The notes below the pieces were generated by a model, which worked only from the letters and a program-made list of their open reading frames with translations, was not told the origin of the DNA and searched no databases. The translations under genes and the position numbers were made by a program. DNA of 64,000 nt from Schizosaccharomyces osmophilus (Eukaryota): the NCBI RefSeq assembly GCF_027921745.1, contig NC_079239.1:868001-932000 (forward strand). Reading direction: 5' to 3'. Below, piece by piece: positions 33,802-45,083 of the stretch (position 1 is the stretch's first letter; the number at the start of each line of letters is the position of its first letter).

Positions 33802-35979
33802 TTAATCTTCAATTGTTTCAATTTGTTCAGAAATAACCTCTTCAACAGTTTCTTGGACAACTTCTTCTTCGTCAGCAGGAAGAACAGAGTGAAGAGGTTG
33901 ACCAACAACGGCACGCTCTTCAGAAACATGAGCAGTAACTTCTTCTCTATATTTTTGCCATTCACTGATAAGAGTTCTTCTGCGAGCGGCCAATTCACGA
34001 TTGGCAGAGCTTGTTTCGGCAATATCCTCTTCGTCAAAGAGACGATTGTAATCTTTAAGTTTTCTTCTAATGTTCTTCATGTCTTCCTTAGACAATAGAG
34101 TAGGAGGACGAGGTCGCCATATAAATTGCTTAAAGTCTGGAATCATTTCTTCGCGAAGAAGGGTACCTCTAAAGTCCGAAATTCTGTAGCCATTCTCAAG
34201 CTTGTGGCGCCAGACGGTACTGCTTGTGGTCACATAGCGTCCGCTTGGATCCCATTCAAGTTCAGTCATACCAAAGTGTTCGGTTGAACCTATCTGTTGA
34301 ACATTGGCCAAAGCATCAGGTTCCTTTTTATCAGTATCAAAGTCCACATCATAGAATTCCAAATCATACTGTGTAGCGGAACCGAGAGTGGCACCTATCA
34401 AAAATCTGCCATTAGGAGCGAAGAAGATGGAGTTGAGAGATTTCTTATCAAAAGAAGCGATGTGACGGAATGTACTAGTTGTGTTCTTTTTATGGTCAAA
34501 TCCATAGAAAGAAAGAGTGGTTTTGACATTGGTAGAACTCAAGATTTGATCATTAGCAGAAATAATAGCAAATCTGTCACTCTTGGGCTCCCAAGCGAAA
34601 TTGAGTATAACATCCTTAAGCTCAACAACTTCCACGGGTATGTTCTTTTCACGAATACGGAAGATCTCCAAGTTGGAGAAAGTAGATTTTTTAGTCTTGG
34701 TATGACGGTCGACTTTCACGCTGAGGAAGTCACCATTGGACTGCCAGTACAACTTGCAATCAGAGACATTAAAAAGATTTTTAGTACGAATAGTCTGCTT
34801 GGATGGGACACTCATGAGAGCAACACGAGCAGGTTGATTTATGACTTCAGGAGTCCAATAGGCTAAGAGTTGCTCCTTGTTGTCTCCGCCAAGAGCATTG
34901 GAAACGGGGCACCACTCAAAGTTCTGAACACCTTCAATTTTAAGAGCCTTTTTATCGACCAAAGAAAGAGAAGGAGTTTCGTAAATCGAAATCGATTGGC
35001 CAACATTGACACGTGCGAGGAAACGGTCATCAGCAGACCACTTAAAAAGAGGCCAGACCACCTTTTTTGAATCCTTGTTGTCGAGTTGGGGGGGAATCTT
35101 GAAAGAACGAAGGATGCGACCGGAGGCGATATCCCAAACGAAACAATGCTTTCCTTCGTCTTCTTCAGTAAAGGGCATGTTTTCACGAGCAGGGTGTCCA
35201 ATAGGGGGAAGACGGACGGGTTCATAAGACCAAGAAACGAGGTAATTTTCGTTAGGGCTAAAGTCAATAAATTTCACATATGGATGCAAAAAACGAGCGC
35301 ACATGTTCCATGACTCGCCACCCCAAAGTTGGATACCACGAAGATGCAAAGAAACTAAATAAGTACCTAAAGGTGACCATTGGACATAAGTTTCAGTCCA
35401 ATTTTCACGGTTGACAATTTGCTCAGGAATATCACTCTTGCGATTCCAGTTGACAGAAACCTGATTTCCATAGTAGCTAATAAACTGGTCACGGCCATAA
35501 TAGTCAGCGAGCCAGCTACGCAAGTGTTCACGCTCTTTAAATTCACGTTCTTCAAAAGTGAATTCTTCTGGGGTGTTCAAAGCCTTCTCAAGCTGGCTTA
35601 GCTTGCGGACAACGAAAACGTGATTCTTTACAACTTGTTTTCCATCAAGTTCTTGTACACAGAGGTCGGCAAATTCAACGGTTTCAAAGTCTGCAAACAC
35701 GATACCATTCGACATCTTCTTGCCGTCTTTGTCTTCCACAGGCATGTACAAACCATTTTCTTTGACTTTGCCAATTTTGGCAAACAATCTACTCGTTAAA
35801 AAGCGATAAAAATCCTGAACTTTGGATTCTTCTACGACAGGAACACCTTGAATCACGACCACCGTGTCGTAACCCACAGGTTTCGCAACATTTAGTTTGG
35901 CTTCCAAGTCGGAGACGTTAATTTCATCGTCTCGAACGACGATTTGACTCTTAATCTCCTCAACAAGGCTATCCGACAT
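33802..35979 (-). CDS. tif302: Translation initiation factor eIF3 subunit b (Prt1)
   Basis: N-terminal RRM, WTETYVQWSPLGTY, WDPSGRY, FIWRPRPP; 725 aa. Confidence 0.95.
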   Translation of the reverse strand: MSDSLVEEIKSQIVVRDDEINVSDLEAKLNVAKPVGYDTVVVIQGVPVVEESKVQDFYRFLTSRLFAKIGKVKENGLYMPVEDKDGKKMSNGIVFADFETVEFADLCVQELDGKQVVKNHVFVVRKLSQLEKALNTPEEFTFEEREFKEREHLRSWLADYYGRDQFISYYGNQVSVNWNRKSDIPEQIVNRENWTETYVQWSPLGTYLVSLHLRGIQLWGGESWNMCARFLHPYVKFIDFSPNENYLVSWSYEPVRLPPIGHPARENMPFTEEDEGKHCFVWDIASGRILRSFKIPPQLDNKDSKKVVWPLFKWSADDRFLARVNVGQSISIYETPSLSLVDKKALKIEGVQNFEWCPVSNALGGDNKEQLLAYWTPEVINQPARVALMSVPSKQTIRTKNLFNVSDCKLYWQSNGDFLSVKVDRHTKTKKSTFSNLEIFRIREKNIPVEVVELKDVILNFAWEPKSDRFAIISANDQILSSTNVKTTLSFYGFDHKKNTTSTFRHIASFDKKSLNSIFFAPNGRFLIGATLGSATQYDLEFYDVDFDTDKKEPDALANVQQIGSTEHFGMTELEWDPSGRYVTTSSTVWRHKLENGYRISDFRGTLLREEMIPDFKQFIWRPRPPTLLSKEDMKNIRRKLKDYNRLFDEEDIAETSSANRELAARRRTLISEWQKYREEVTAHVSEERAVVGQPLHSVLPADEEEVVQETVEEVISEQIETIED

Positions 35980-36547
35980 TATGGTGTTGTGCCGTTGTTT
36001 CTAGTCAAGTTTCTTCTCCCCAGTCACTGGGAGTACCAAGACTGTGGATGGGTTTTCCAAAAAATTTCTTTCATTTCTCAATGAAAACAGGTGCTATTTA
36101 CATGAGTATAATAAAAAAAAACAATTCAATTCATTTTATGTATAAAATTAGATATGAGTATTTTCAAGTGAACTTGTATTCAACAAACTACCGTCTAGTA
36201 AGGAATTCCTTCTCTTTAGAGAAAGGATCCTTTTGACTTGGAATTCTATCATTCAGTTATAATTCTTTTTATTTTCTTACAACAAAAGGATTTCTTTGAA
36301 GCCAAAAGTGCATATTTTCGAAGTTGTCCAAGTTTCGGTACCTTGCTTGGTTCTTCCCAAAAGGCCCTGTGTTTACCTTTTCACATCTGGGTACCTCAAT
36401 TCACGATTTTGATAGAATATCAGGCATTTAACAATAGAAATATTCTTGATTTTGTTTAATTTAGTTTTCCCATTGTTTCCTGTCTTTCGTTTATATCCTC
36501 GTCTTTCTTTTACTGACTTCCATTTTTCTCATTTACCATAAAGCAAT

Positions 36548-39500
36548 ATGCCGCCAAGGCCTCCTGGAGGCGGGCCTACACAAAACTCAGGACCAAATGT
36601 TCATTCAAAGTTTGGAATGAATGCACCCAGAGTGCCCAATGCCACTATTCCTCGCAAGCGTCGTGCTGGTACTCAGAGTACTGTTGGTTATGCCTCTGCA
36701 TCCCCGAGCTCTTCTGCGGAGAGCACACTTCACGACGAAAATGAAACGAACATAAATGTTGCTGTCCGTGTTCGAGGCCGTAGTGATCGAGAAATTCGTG
36801 ACAATAGTGCTCTCGCCCTTAGTACATCAGGCGCAGTTGGTGCTGAATTAGCTATTCAATCTGATCCCTCTTCAATGCTTGTTGCTAAAACATATGCATT
36901 TGATAAAGTGTTTGGCCCTGAAGCGGATCAACTGATGCTTTTCGAGCACGCCGTGTCTCCCATCTTAACACAGGTACTTAATGGATATAATTGCACTATC
37001 TTTGCCTATGGTCAAACGGGAACAGGAAAAACTTACACTATGTCTGGTGATTTATCTGATTCCAATGGTATTTTATCTGAGGGTGCTGGCTTAATCCCCC
37101 GCACCCTTTACAACTTATTTTCTACCTTGGATAATACTGGCCAAGAGTATGCTGTGAAATGCTCATACTACGAACTTTACAATGAAGAAATTAGGGATCT
37201 TTTGGTAGCTGACGATCTACGCAAACGAGCTCGGGTTTTTGAGGATAGTTCCCGTCAAGGAAATGTTGTTGTCACGGGAATGGAGGAATTTTATATAAAA
37301 AATGCAGCGGAGGGTCTTCGGTTGCTTCGTGAAGGCTCCTACCGTCGCCATGTTGCCGCTACCAGGTGTAACGATCTCTCATCACGGAGTCATTCTATTT
37401 TCACCGTTACTATTCACACGAAGGTTGCCTCTTCCAGCTCTCATGAACCTGGATTTACCAATATGTCATTTTCCTCAAACAACAGTTCAGATGACTATAT
37501 GCGTGTCAGTAAGCTTCACCTGGTAGACCTTGCCGGAAGTGAAAATATTGGTAGATCCGGGGCTGAAAACAAGCGTGCTCGTGAAACGGGTATGATTAAT
37601 CAATCTTTACTTACCTTAGGGCGTGTTATTAATGCTCTTGTCGAAAAATCTCATCACATTCCCTATCGAGAGTCAAAGTTAACTAGGCTATTGCAGGATT
37701 CCCTTGGTGGAAAAACTAAAACGTCAATGATTGTTACCGTTTCCTCTACGAACAGTAACATAGAAGAGACACTTTCAACTTTAGAGTACGCCTCACGTGC
37801 GAAAAGCATTCGAAACAAGCCGCAAAATAATCAATTAATATTCCGTAAAGTCCTTATCAAGGATCTGGTCCTTGATATCGAGCGTTTAAAGGCAGACCTG
37901 ATAGCCACTCGTCAAAAGAATGGTGTTTATTTAGCAGAAAGTTCCTACAAAGAATTGATTGAGGGTGCGCAAAGTAAAAGCACTCTTTGTCAAGAACAAG
38001 CTCGAAAGTTAGAGGTGCTAGAGCTAAATATAAAAAATGCACGTGAACAATTACAGCTGGTTTCGAAATCAAATCAAGAACACAGAAAGGAAATAGATAG
38101 TTTGCAAGGTCAGCTCGCATCTTCAAATTCTCATTTGGAGACGACAAGGCTGGAGAACGAGAATTTGCGAGAACAGTTGACCTCAGAAATTGAAAAAAGG
38201 AAGGAATATGAAACCAGTGAGCAAAAGATAACAACCGTTGCAACCGATCTATCTCAGTATTATCGTGAATCAAAAGAGTACATTGTCCGCCTCTATGAAA
38301 AGCTTAGTCGGACGGAAAAGACAAGTGAAGAGAATGAGATTAATTTTTGGAATCTTAAGCAAGAATTGCTTGGAATGCTCACTAGCTTTCAAGGAAATAT
38401 TACGGATGGGACAAATGGCTACTTTAATTTATTAAACAATTTTAACGCTTCTATGGAGGACATTATAAACAATCATAGTGTCTTATTAAATACTTCTGTA
38501 CAAGAAGTGAACACACATTTTAGTAATTTGGAAAATCTGTTAAGGGAAGCACGGTCTTCTACGAATCCTTCGACAACGCTTGATTCTCTTGTTTCAGACT
38601 TGTTAGAGTCTCGGAAGAATTTACTACTTTTACTCGAAAACAGTCTTCAGGAAATTAGCATGTCTTCCCAAAAGCTAGGTAATGGAATATCGACTGAACT
38701 GATCGAACTACAGAAAGAGGTTAAAGATTCATACCGAAAGGTAGTCCAGGACCTTCGTACGCTCTTCAATTCGCAACAGAACTTTTGCAAATCTCAGAAA
38801 GAATCGATAACAACGGCGAAGGATGATATAACTTCGTTGCTTCAGTCCTGCACTACGTCTATAAGTGAGAACAATAGTAACGTTGATCAATTTTTAGATG
38901 AATATAAGGCTCAGGAGGAAACAAAACAAAAAGAATTAATGAATCGAATTAACTCGGTGGTTGGTCAGTTTTTGCAAGAGCAAAATCAGCTGCTCTATTC
39001 AAACGTGGGGGGATTCCACTCGAAGTTAAAGAAAACAGAGTCAGAACTTGTCGATTCAAACGAGCATTTCAAGCTGTATTTCGATAAGCTGAACGACGAC
39101 TCAGATGTGTTTAACAATACATTATTAGAAAATAAAGGAAAGTTACAAAGTACCATCTCACAAAGCTCAGGGTTATTGGATGCAAAAGGAAAAAGCATCC
39201 ATTCAAATTCGCGCTCTGTTTATGATGAATGCATGACATTGGCTGAGGCACAAAAGGAGAATGTTTATTCAGAAGTTCGAACGCTGGATCGTTTGCTACA
39301 AAGTCTCCAGGCTCATTCTGATGATCATCTCCAGGAGAGACACGAAAAGCTTTTACTTCGATTGAATGACTTAATGAAAAAGACGGCAGCAGTTAGAAGT
39401 TATGTTGCAGCACCCCAGGATAACTTGAATGAGCTTACTAGTCAAATTCAAGAGGGAACTACGTCTTTGGCACAACATACAAACGTTTTGCTCGGCAGTG

Positions 39501-39826
39501 AGACAGAAACTATGGCAAACTTTGAAACTACATTAGGAAATGCGAAATTTGATACAATAGAGCCGACAGCAAATACGTTCAGGCAAAAGTTTCCTGAAAC
39601 ACCTCCTTGGTCACGAGATTTGGCATTTACAGATGATTTGTCGAATTTATTCATCAACAAGGCAGAGCTTCGTGAAAGAGAAAACTCTCAGCCGTCTGAT
39701 TCACCAACAAAAGAGATGTACTCGCAACCTATTCAACGAATATCGTCGAATCCATCAAAGTCGGATACCTTCAAACGAACAAATAATGCCATCAACAAGC
39801 GGTTCTCTGCACGTGGCAAACACTGA
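36548..39826 (+). CDS. cut7: Kinesin-5 (BimC family) mitotic motor
   Basis: AYGQTGTGKT, SSRSH, LVDLAGSE, IPYRESKLTRLLQDSLGG, RQKNGVY; long coiled coil. Confidence 0.95.
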   Translation: MPPRPPGGGPTQNSGPNVHSKFGMNAPRVPNATIPRKRRAGTQSTVGYASASPSSSAESTLHDENETNINVAVRVRGRSDREIRDNSALALSTSGAVGAELAIQSDPSSMLVAKTYAFDKVFGPEADQLMLFEHAVSPILTQVLNGYNCTIFAYGQTGTGKTYTMSGDLSDSNGILSEGAGLIPRTLYNLFSTLDNTGQEYAVKCSYYELYNEEIRDLLVADDLRKRARVFEDSSRQGNVVVTGMEEFYIKNAAEGLRLLREGSYRRHVAATRCNDLSSRSHSIFTVTIHTKVASSSSHEPGFTNMSFSSNNSSDDYMRVSKLHLVDLAGSENIGRSGAENKRARETGMINQSLLTLGRVINALVEKSHHIPYRESKLTRLLQDSLGGKTKTSMIVTVSSTNSNIEETLSTLEYASRAKSIRNKPQNNQLIFRKVLIKDLVLDIERLKADLIATRQKNGVYLAESSYKELIEGAQSKSTLCQEQARKLEVLELNIKNAREQLQLVSKSNQEHRKEIDSLQGQLASSNSHLETTRLENENLREQLTSEIEKRKEYETSEQKITTVATDLSQYYRESKEYIVRLYEKLSRTEKTSEENEINFWNLKQELLGMLTSFQGNITDGTNGYFNLLNNFNASMEDIINNHSVLLNTSVQEVNTHFSNLENLLREARSSTNPSTTLDSLVSDLLESRKNLLLLLENSLQEISMSSQKLGNGISTELIELQKEVKDSYRKVVQDLRTLFNSQQNFCKSQKESITTAKDDITSLLQSCTTSISENNSNVDQFLDEYKAQEETKQKELMNRINSVVGQFLQEQNQLLYSNVGGFHSKLKKTESELVDSNEHFKLYFDKLNDDSDVFNNTLLENKGKLQSTISQSSGLLDAKGKSIHSNSRSVYDECMTLAEAQKENVYSEVRTLDRLLQSLQAHSDDHLQERHEKLLLRLNDLMKKTAAVRSYVAAPQDNLNELTSQIQEGTTSLAQHTNVLLGSETETMANFETTLGNAKFDTIEPTANTFRQKFPETPPWSRDLAFTDDLSNLFINKAELRERENSQPSDSPTKEMYSQPIQRISSNPSKSDTFKRTNNAINKRFSARGKH

Positions 39827-40110
39827 CCGAACAACGGTGTATTGTAAATTAATGATTCTTCTGTTATTTTTCTTATTAATGACTCTTTGGTTATATAGAA
39901 TATTTGCTCGTAACCCTAATATTGAAGTTTATTTCATATGATGCGATAACTATTATAGCAGATATAGTTACAAGTCTTTTTTACAGACGCCTCTTGTACT
40001 GCATTTACATTTAACTAAACCAGACAGTTTACAATTCGAACTTTTTGCTCTTCATGAAGATGATGTATTTTTATATCTCTGAAACAACCAGCGTCAAGCC
40101 AAAGCTAGGT

Positions 40111-40456
40111 TTAGCGCAATCTTCTAGCTTCACGCTCAGATTCAAGAAGAACCAAGATGTCATCCTCACGGACAGGTCCCTTGACGTTACGGATGATGGA
40201 ACGAGAGGTGTCATCCATAAATTCAACACGGACTTGAGTAACTCCACCACTATCACAAGTTAGTAATTTGTTTCGTTCATATATGTTATGTGTTGGGTTT
40301 CTTTTAAGGAGGGGCGTTTAAAATAGCTAAGAAACATATTTACAAGTATCCACCCGGAACATAATCTAAACCATTATTCTATACTTACCGAGAGCCGGTG
40401 CGACCTAAAACTTTGATGACCTTAGCCAACTTAACAGGAACCTTAGAAGAATCCAT
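40111..40456 (-). CDS. rps28: 40S ribosomal protein S28 (eS28); exons 40456-40389, 40249-40111
   Basis: Spliced product [68 protein letters not shown] (68 aa); intron 40250-40388 GTAAGT...CTAAC...TAG. Absent from the ORF track. Confidence 0.96.
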
Positions 40457-40533
40457 TGTTCTCTTGAGATGTGTAGAAGTGCGTGGTGTTTAAAGAAGAA
40501 TCAGTTTTGGTACCATTAGAAATTTTGGGATAC

Positions 40534-40558
40534 CGTGACTGCTTTTTTGGGGTAGGGT
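40534..40558 (-). promoter_or_regulatory. HomolD (CAGTCACG, 40534-40541) and HomolE-like (ACCCTACCCC, 40549-40558) ribosomal-protein promoter elements
   Basis: Both motifs lie in the canonical E-then-D order about 80-100 bp upstream of the rps28 ATG. Confidence 0.8.
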
Positions 40559-40643
40559 GCTGCGTTTAAGGAAAAAAGCAAGAAACGCGAGAAGCGTCAA
40601 AGAAGCAGTGCAACACCATAAAAAATTCATAAAAAACATAAAT

Positions 40644-41746
40644 ATGGATTTGGTCAACCACTTGGAGGATCGTTTGCTTTTTGCAGTTCCTAAAAGTAAG
40701 TCACATGAAAACAGTGAAAAGTATCAAAGGATGAAAAAAAAATGAGAATGGATGATCGCAAAGACGATTGACCTTCATATCAGCGAATGCATTCTTTTCA
40801 GTCCAAGAAAATAATTTTACAAGCTGTACATTTGTTAGATTCAAAATATTAATGCATATGTCTAGAGGGACGTCTGTACGAGTCATGTGTGAATGTTTTG
40901 AAGGGGGCTGATATCAAGTTCCGTCGTAATTCTCGCTTGGACATTGCTTTAGTTCAAAATTTTCCCATTGCTTTGGTTTTTTTGCCTGCTGCTGATATCC
41001 CTCGTTTCGTCGGTACCGGTCGTGTTCATCTTGGTATCACTGGTCAAGATCAAATTGCCGAGGCTCGTCTCCGTATCGGTGAAAAATTGAAGGTAGAAGA
41101 ATTGGTTGACCTTCAATTTGGTGGATGCAAACTGCAAGTTCAAGTTCCCGAAAGTGGACCAATCCAAACCGTTAAACAATTGGTTGGTCAACGTATCGTC
41201 ACTTCCTTTGAATATTTGGTGGGCGATCACTTTAGACAGTTGGAGACACAAATGAAAAAGGATGGAGAAATTAGCAGTGAAGCCAAGACTGAAATCAGTT
41301 TTGTTTCAGGCAGTGTCGAAGCCTCTTGTGCTTTAGGCATTGCTGAAGCTGTTGTTGACTTGGTTGAATCTGGTGAAACCATGCGTGCTTCTGGTTTGAA
41401 GGCCATTGAGGATATCATGAGTACTAGTGCTGTTTTGGTTCGATCCACCAACTGTTCTCCCGAGCTCGAACCTCTTTTACAAACCATCATTACACGCATC
41501 CGTGGTTATGTGATTGCTCAGCAATACGTTCTCGTTAACTACAATGTTGCTCGTGATCATTTGACTGATGTTCTCAAAATTACTCCTGGTAAGCGTGCTC
41601 CCACTATCACTGCCTTGGATGAACCCAACTGGGTTGCTGTTAGCAGCATGGTCTTGAAGAAGAACGTTGCCAAGGTTATGGATGAATTATCCCAGAATCA
41701 AGCTGCCGATATTCTTGTCCTTTCCATCGACAACTCTCGTCCTTAA
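40644..41746 (+). CDS. his1: ATP phosphoribosyltransferase; exons 40644-40695, 40866-41746
   Basis: Intron 40696-40865 (GTAAGT...TAG) restores LFAVPKKGRL; VDLVESGETM, ITPGKRAPTI; 310 aa. Confidence 0.95.
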
Positions 41747-42016
41747 AGTTATTTCTGTTTTAAGTTTTGAAAAGGTTATTGTAAAGGGAAACATACTGCA
41801 AAATTTCTCTTTGAACGTGTTCCTACTTGTTTTTATAGACAATTTAATTACATTATCAAGTAGTATATCTACACCAATCCTTAAATTCTCTTTTTAGTTT
41901 ATTAGATATTAATTATACTTAATGTTAACAAACTTTTGTAATTTAAAATGTCAACCCTCCTTGACTTTATTTTGTTTATTGTGTAGGTAACAATGCTGCA
42001 CTGTCTTGAAACACGA

Positions 42017-42022
42017 ACGCGT
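42017..42022. promoter_or_regulatory. MCB element (ACGCGT) upstream of rec10
   Basis: Exact match about 200 bp upstream of the ATG; early meiotic rec genes are MBF/Rep1 targets. Confidence 0.6.
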
Positions 42023-42222
42023 CGAAATTTTACAAGCTGCCAACTGCATACCACTAAAAGCTAGCTCTTGTGCAATAGTTATTTATATGCTTATCTATTG
42101 AAATAAACTAACACTTATTTACTAATTATCTTCATTATAAAAGATATAGCTTACCACGGCTCAAAATAATTTAAACTTACTTGCTCAATTAACTGGATGA
42201 ATTATCGTTCTTAAACACAAAA

Positions 42223-44619
42223 ATGGATCTTATAAACGAATTTCTTAACTTATTAACAAAGGGAAAGCAGTTAACAAAAGTTTTACTTGACAGAACTCTG
42301 AACGCTGTGCTTTCTGTCGACGCGAGCGAAGTACGCGAAAAGCAGACGATATCAAACATTTCAATTGCTTTTTCAGTAATTGGGGAGAAAGAGCAGTATA
42401 CGGAACCAAAAATTATATCTTGTCTTAAAATTCTTCTGCATTTATGTTTTGTAGGGAAACACCCAGATTTGGGTGATATCTTTATAGAAACATTTACCGG
42501 ACTGGATCCTTCTCTCAACAATTCTCTCAAAAAGTCAATCGGTCCATTGGCTTTGTCTTTGGGATGCCAATACTTAAACGAAACAGAATTTTTGAATGTG
42601 ACAACTACCCTTGAATTATACGATGAACAAGAATACCAAATGATTGTTTTCGAACGCGTTGTCCTTCAAATAATGTCACTTTTTATTGCAAAGTGCGAAA
42701 ATAATAAGCTTTATTTGATTAATAATCGAAAAGAACTGAATTTATATGCGATTGGCAGGCGATTAACCCACCGTGATTTTGCATGTAGGTTTCTGTGCGG
42801 ACTTTTTATATCAAGATTTTCGGTGTCTGGGGTGGATGAGGAAAGTAATAGACAAAATGTTATTCGCCTAAATCTTTTTTGCCCGAGCGATTCGTCGAAA
42901 CCTATGTTGACCATGCAAATGCTAAAGGCAGATCGAATCTTTCAGACCTGCGTTGCGAACTCTACCAAGGTCTATGCTGGAACATTCTCAATAGGCTTAG
43001 AAACACCCGTAAATGCTACTATGATTGTCGAGCCCAGGGATGTTATCATTTATAGGAAAGGAAGTACTTTGTTGCAGCTTTCGTGGGGATCAATAAAAGA
43101 TATTACGATGACAAGTGATCAAACCTATAGATTTTGTTTCACTACAGACATACCGCATTTAAAAGATTGTATGTTTGAATGCCTGGACGATTCCTCCTTT
43201 GGTGACTTGGATTCAACTTTGCAGTTTGTCGGAGATTCTTTAACACCTAAACTGTTTGTCTCTCCGAAAGTAGCTGTAAATCAATCAAATAACGATGATA
43301 AGGATACACAAACGGAAGAATCACAACATTCCGTCCGTGGTCCGATGGAGTATGATAGTGCATATGAAAATTTCGAAAATGAAGTTCTCGATAAAAGTGT
43401 CTGTGCAGAGTCAGTAAATGAAGCTTCCCCAGAGGAGGACAATGAGAACTTGGAGCTTAAGGTAAACGAGCCCAAGAATGCTTATGCTGATGAAAATATT
43501 ACCAATTCCGAAAATACAGCGAATGAGGAGGCTATAATAGCACATGAAACTACTGGAGAAATAGCAGAGGATAGAAATCAAGCAACTTTGGGAAATGGTA
43601 CTATGATTACCCCACTTAAGAAGCGTGCACGTGCTGGCAAAGCATCTACAAAAAGTAGTCGTCTTCCAAGGGTCAAGAAGCCAAGGAAGAATGAGAAAAA
43701 CAAAGGAGAAGATAATCCTTTAGCAGGTTTGAAAGAACAAGAAACACCTTGTCCAAAGAATAACAAGCAGACCAAAGAACTCTTAAGGCCAGAAGGAGAC
43801 AACGATTCTGAGCAATCTCTTCTAGATGACAGAGAAAGGGACAACCAAAGTAATGATGAAAAAGAAAATAATGAATTGCGCGACAGTGTGAAGCCGGAAA
43901 TGAATACTGTTGAACCTATGAGTAATACAAAACCATCGATAGAAACAATGGAAAAAGTTAAACAGGAGCCTTCGAGTCATATATTAAATGCCTTGGATCA
44001 TTCACAGCAACCTGATCACAAATCAATTTGGAAGCAAATGCTGAAGGACAAATCGTGGAAGAATGAGCTTTTTACGCCCCCTTCTCAGAATCGAAAGCGG
44101 CAAGTTGATTTAGCAACTTTCACAAAACAAGGTTATTCGACACTTGGAAATAATCCCTCATTGCTTAATACTTGCTCAAGTCCTCCTACTGAAGCTTCGT
44201 CCTTGGGCGGCCCTTCTGTCAATCATACTGAGGATGGATTAACCAGTAGTACGTTGAATTCAGACACCAACGATCATGTGAAAGATTTAAATCTACGGTC
44301 AGTTAAACAGGAAGAAAAAGTGTCCAAGCTCTCATATGGATTGGATAAGGTACAATTAAAGAGTGTTGGTCAAGTTGATTTACCAAACGCTCATGGAGTT
44401 GAACGCTGTGTTTCTTTAATTGGAAAACAAATATATTCAACTATAACTAAACGCGAAGAAAAGTTAAAAGAGCAATTAAACGTTTTTCATTCGAACTCGA
44501 CTAATTTAGTTGAAGAATTTCAAGGGAGACAAAAGGCTAGGTATGCATCGATAGAGAAGATGCTTACTTCGGTGGATACTAGTCTAATGCACCGAGTGAA
44601 AAAACTGATTTATGAATAA
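42223..44619 (+). CDS. rec10: Meiotic linear-element protein Rec10 (Red1-like axis protein)
   Basis: 798-aa ORF with a helical N-terminal half, K/R-rich disordered middle and C-terminal coiled coil. It lies between his1 and zip1, where S. pombe rec10 is recalled to lie. Confidence 0.78.
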   Translation: MDLINEFLNLLTKGKQLTKVLLDRTLNAVLSVDASEVREKQTISNISIAFSVIGEKEQYTEPKIISCLKILLHLCFVGKHPDLGDIFIETFTGLDPSLNNSLKKSIGPLALSLGCQYLNETEFLNVTTTLELYDEQEYQMIVFERVVLQIMSLFIAKCENNKLYLINNRKELNLYAIGRRLTHRDFACRFLCGLFISRFSVSGVDEESNRQNVIRLNLFCPSDSSKPMLTMQMLKADRIFQTCVANSTKVYAGTFSIGLETPVNATMIVEPRDVIIYRKGSTLLQLSWGSIKDITMTSDQTYRFCFTTDIPHLKDCMFECLDDSSFGDLDSTLQFVGDSLTPKLFVSPKVAVNQSNNDDKDTQTEESQHSVRGPMEYDSAYENFENEVLDKSVCAESVNEASPEEDNENLELKVNEPKNAYADENITNSENTANEEAIIAHETTGEIAEDRNQATLGNGTMITPLKKRARAGKASTKSSRLPRVKKPRKNEKNKGEDNPLAGLKEQETPCPKNNKQTKELLRPEGDNDSEQSLLDDRERDNQSNDEKENNELRDSVKPEMNTVEPMSNTKPSIETMEKVKQEPSSHILNALDHSQQPDHKSIWKQMLKDKSWKNELFTPPSQNRKRQVDLATFTKQGYSTLGNNPSLLNTCSSPPTEASSLGGPSVNHTEDGLTSSTLNSDTNDHVKDLNLRSVKQEEKVSKLSYGLDKVQLKSVGQVDLPNAHGVERCVSLIGKQIYSTITKREEKLKEQLNVFHSNSTNLVEEFQGRQKARYASIEKMLTSVDTSLMHRVKKLIYE

Positions 44620-45083
44620 GTTTGTGAAACCACTGTTTAAAGGCCATGAGGCCATGAAATGAAATCGTCAAGGGATTATACTAAAAGAACAATGAAACAT
44701 TGCAAAGCAAAAACACTTACATACTGAATAGATAAAAATTTTAAAAACAGAAATAGAAAAAAAATATAATACTGTTAATTGTCATAGTCATAAGGATATA
44801 CAAAAGCTTATTCAATTAGCAATATAATAAGAAACACCGGTTTGATAACTAGAGAAATACAAGAGCAAATTTATGGAAAGCAAAGTTGAATTATCATAAA
44901 AACAAAAAAAGTCGGTTAAACATGAAAACAAACGACCGACCCGCGCAACCTGTTGGAGATTGCGCTATAAAATTATAACACCATTTGTACACGTATGCAA
45001 ATATTAATAACCACAGAACGAAAAATAACAGAAGCGAATCGAAAACGATATTAATATAAACCAAAGCAAGAGATAAAAATTTT

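Noticed and set aside
39830..40110. RPS28B-type autoregulatory 3' UTR hairpin
   Set aside because: No convincing stem-loop in the short convergent gap with cut7.
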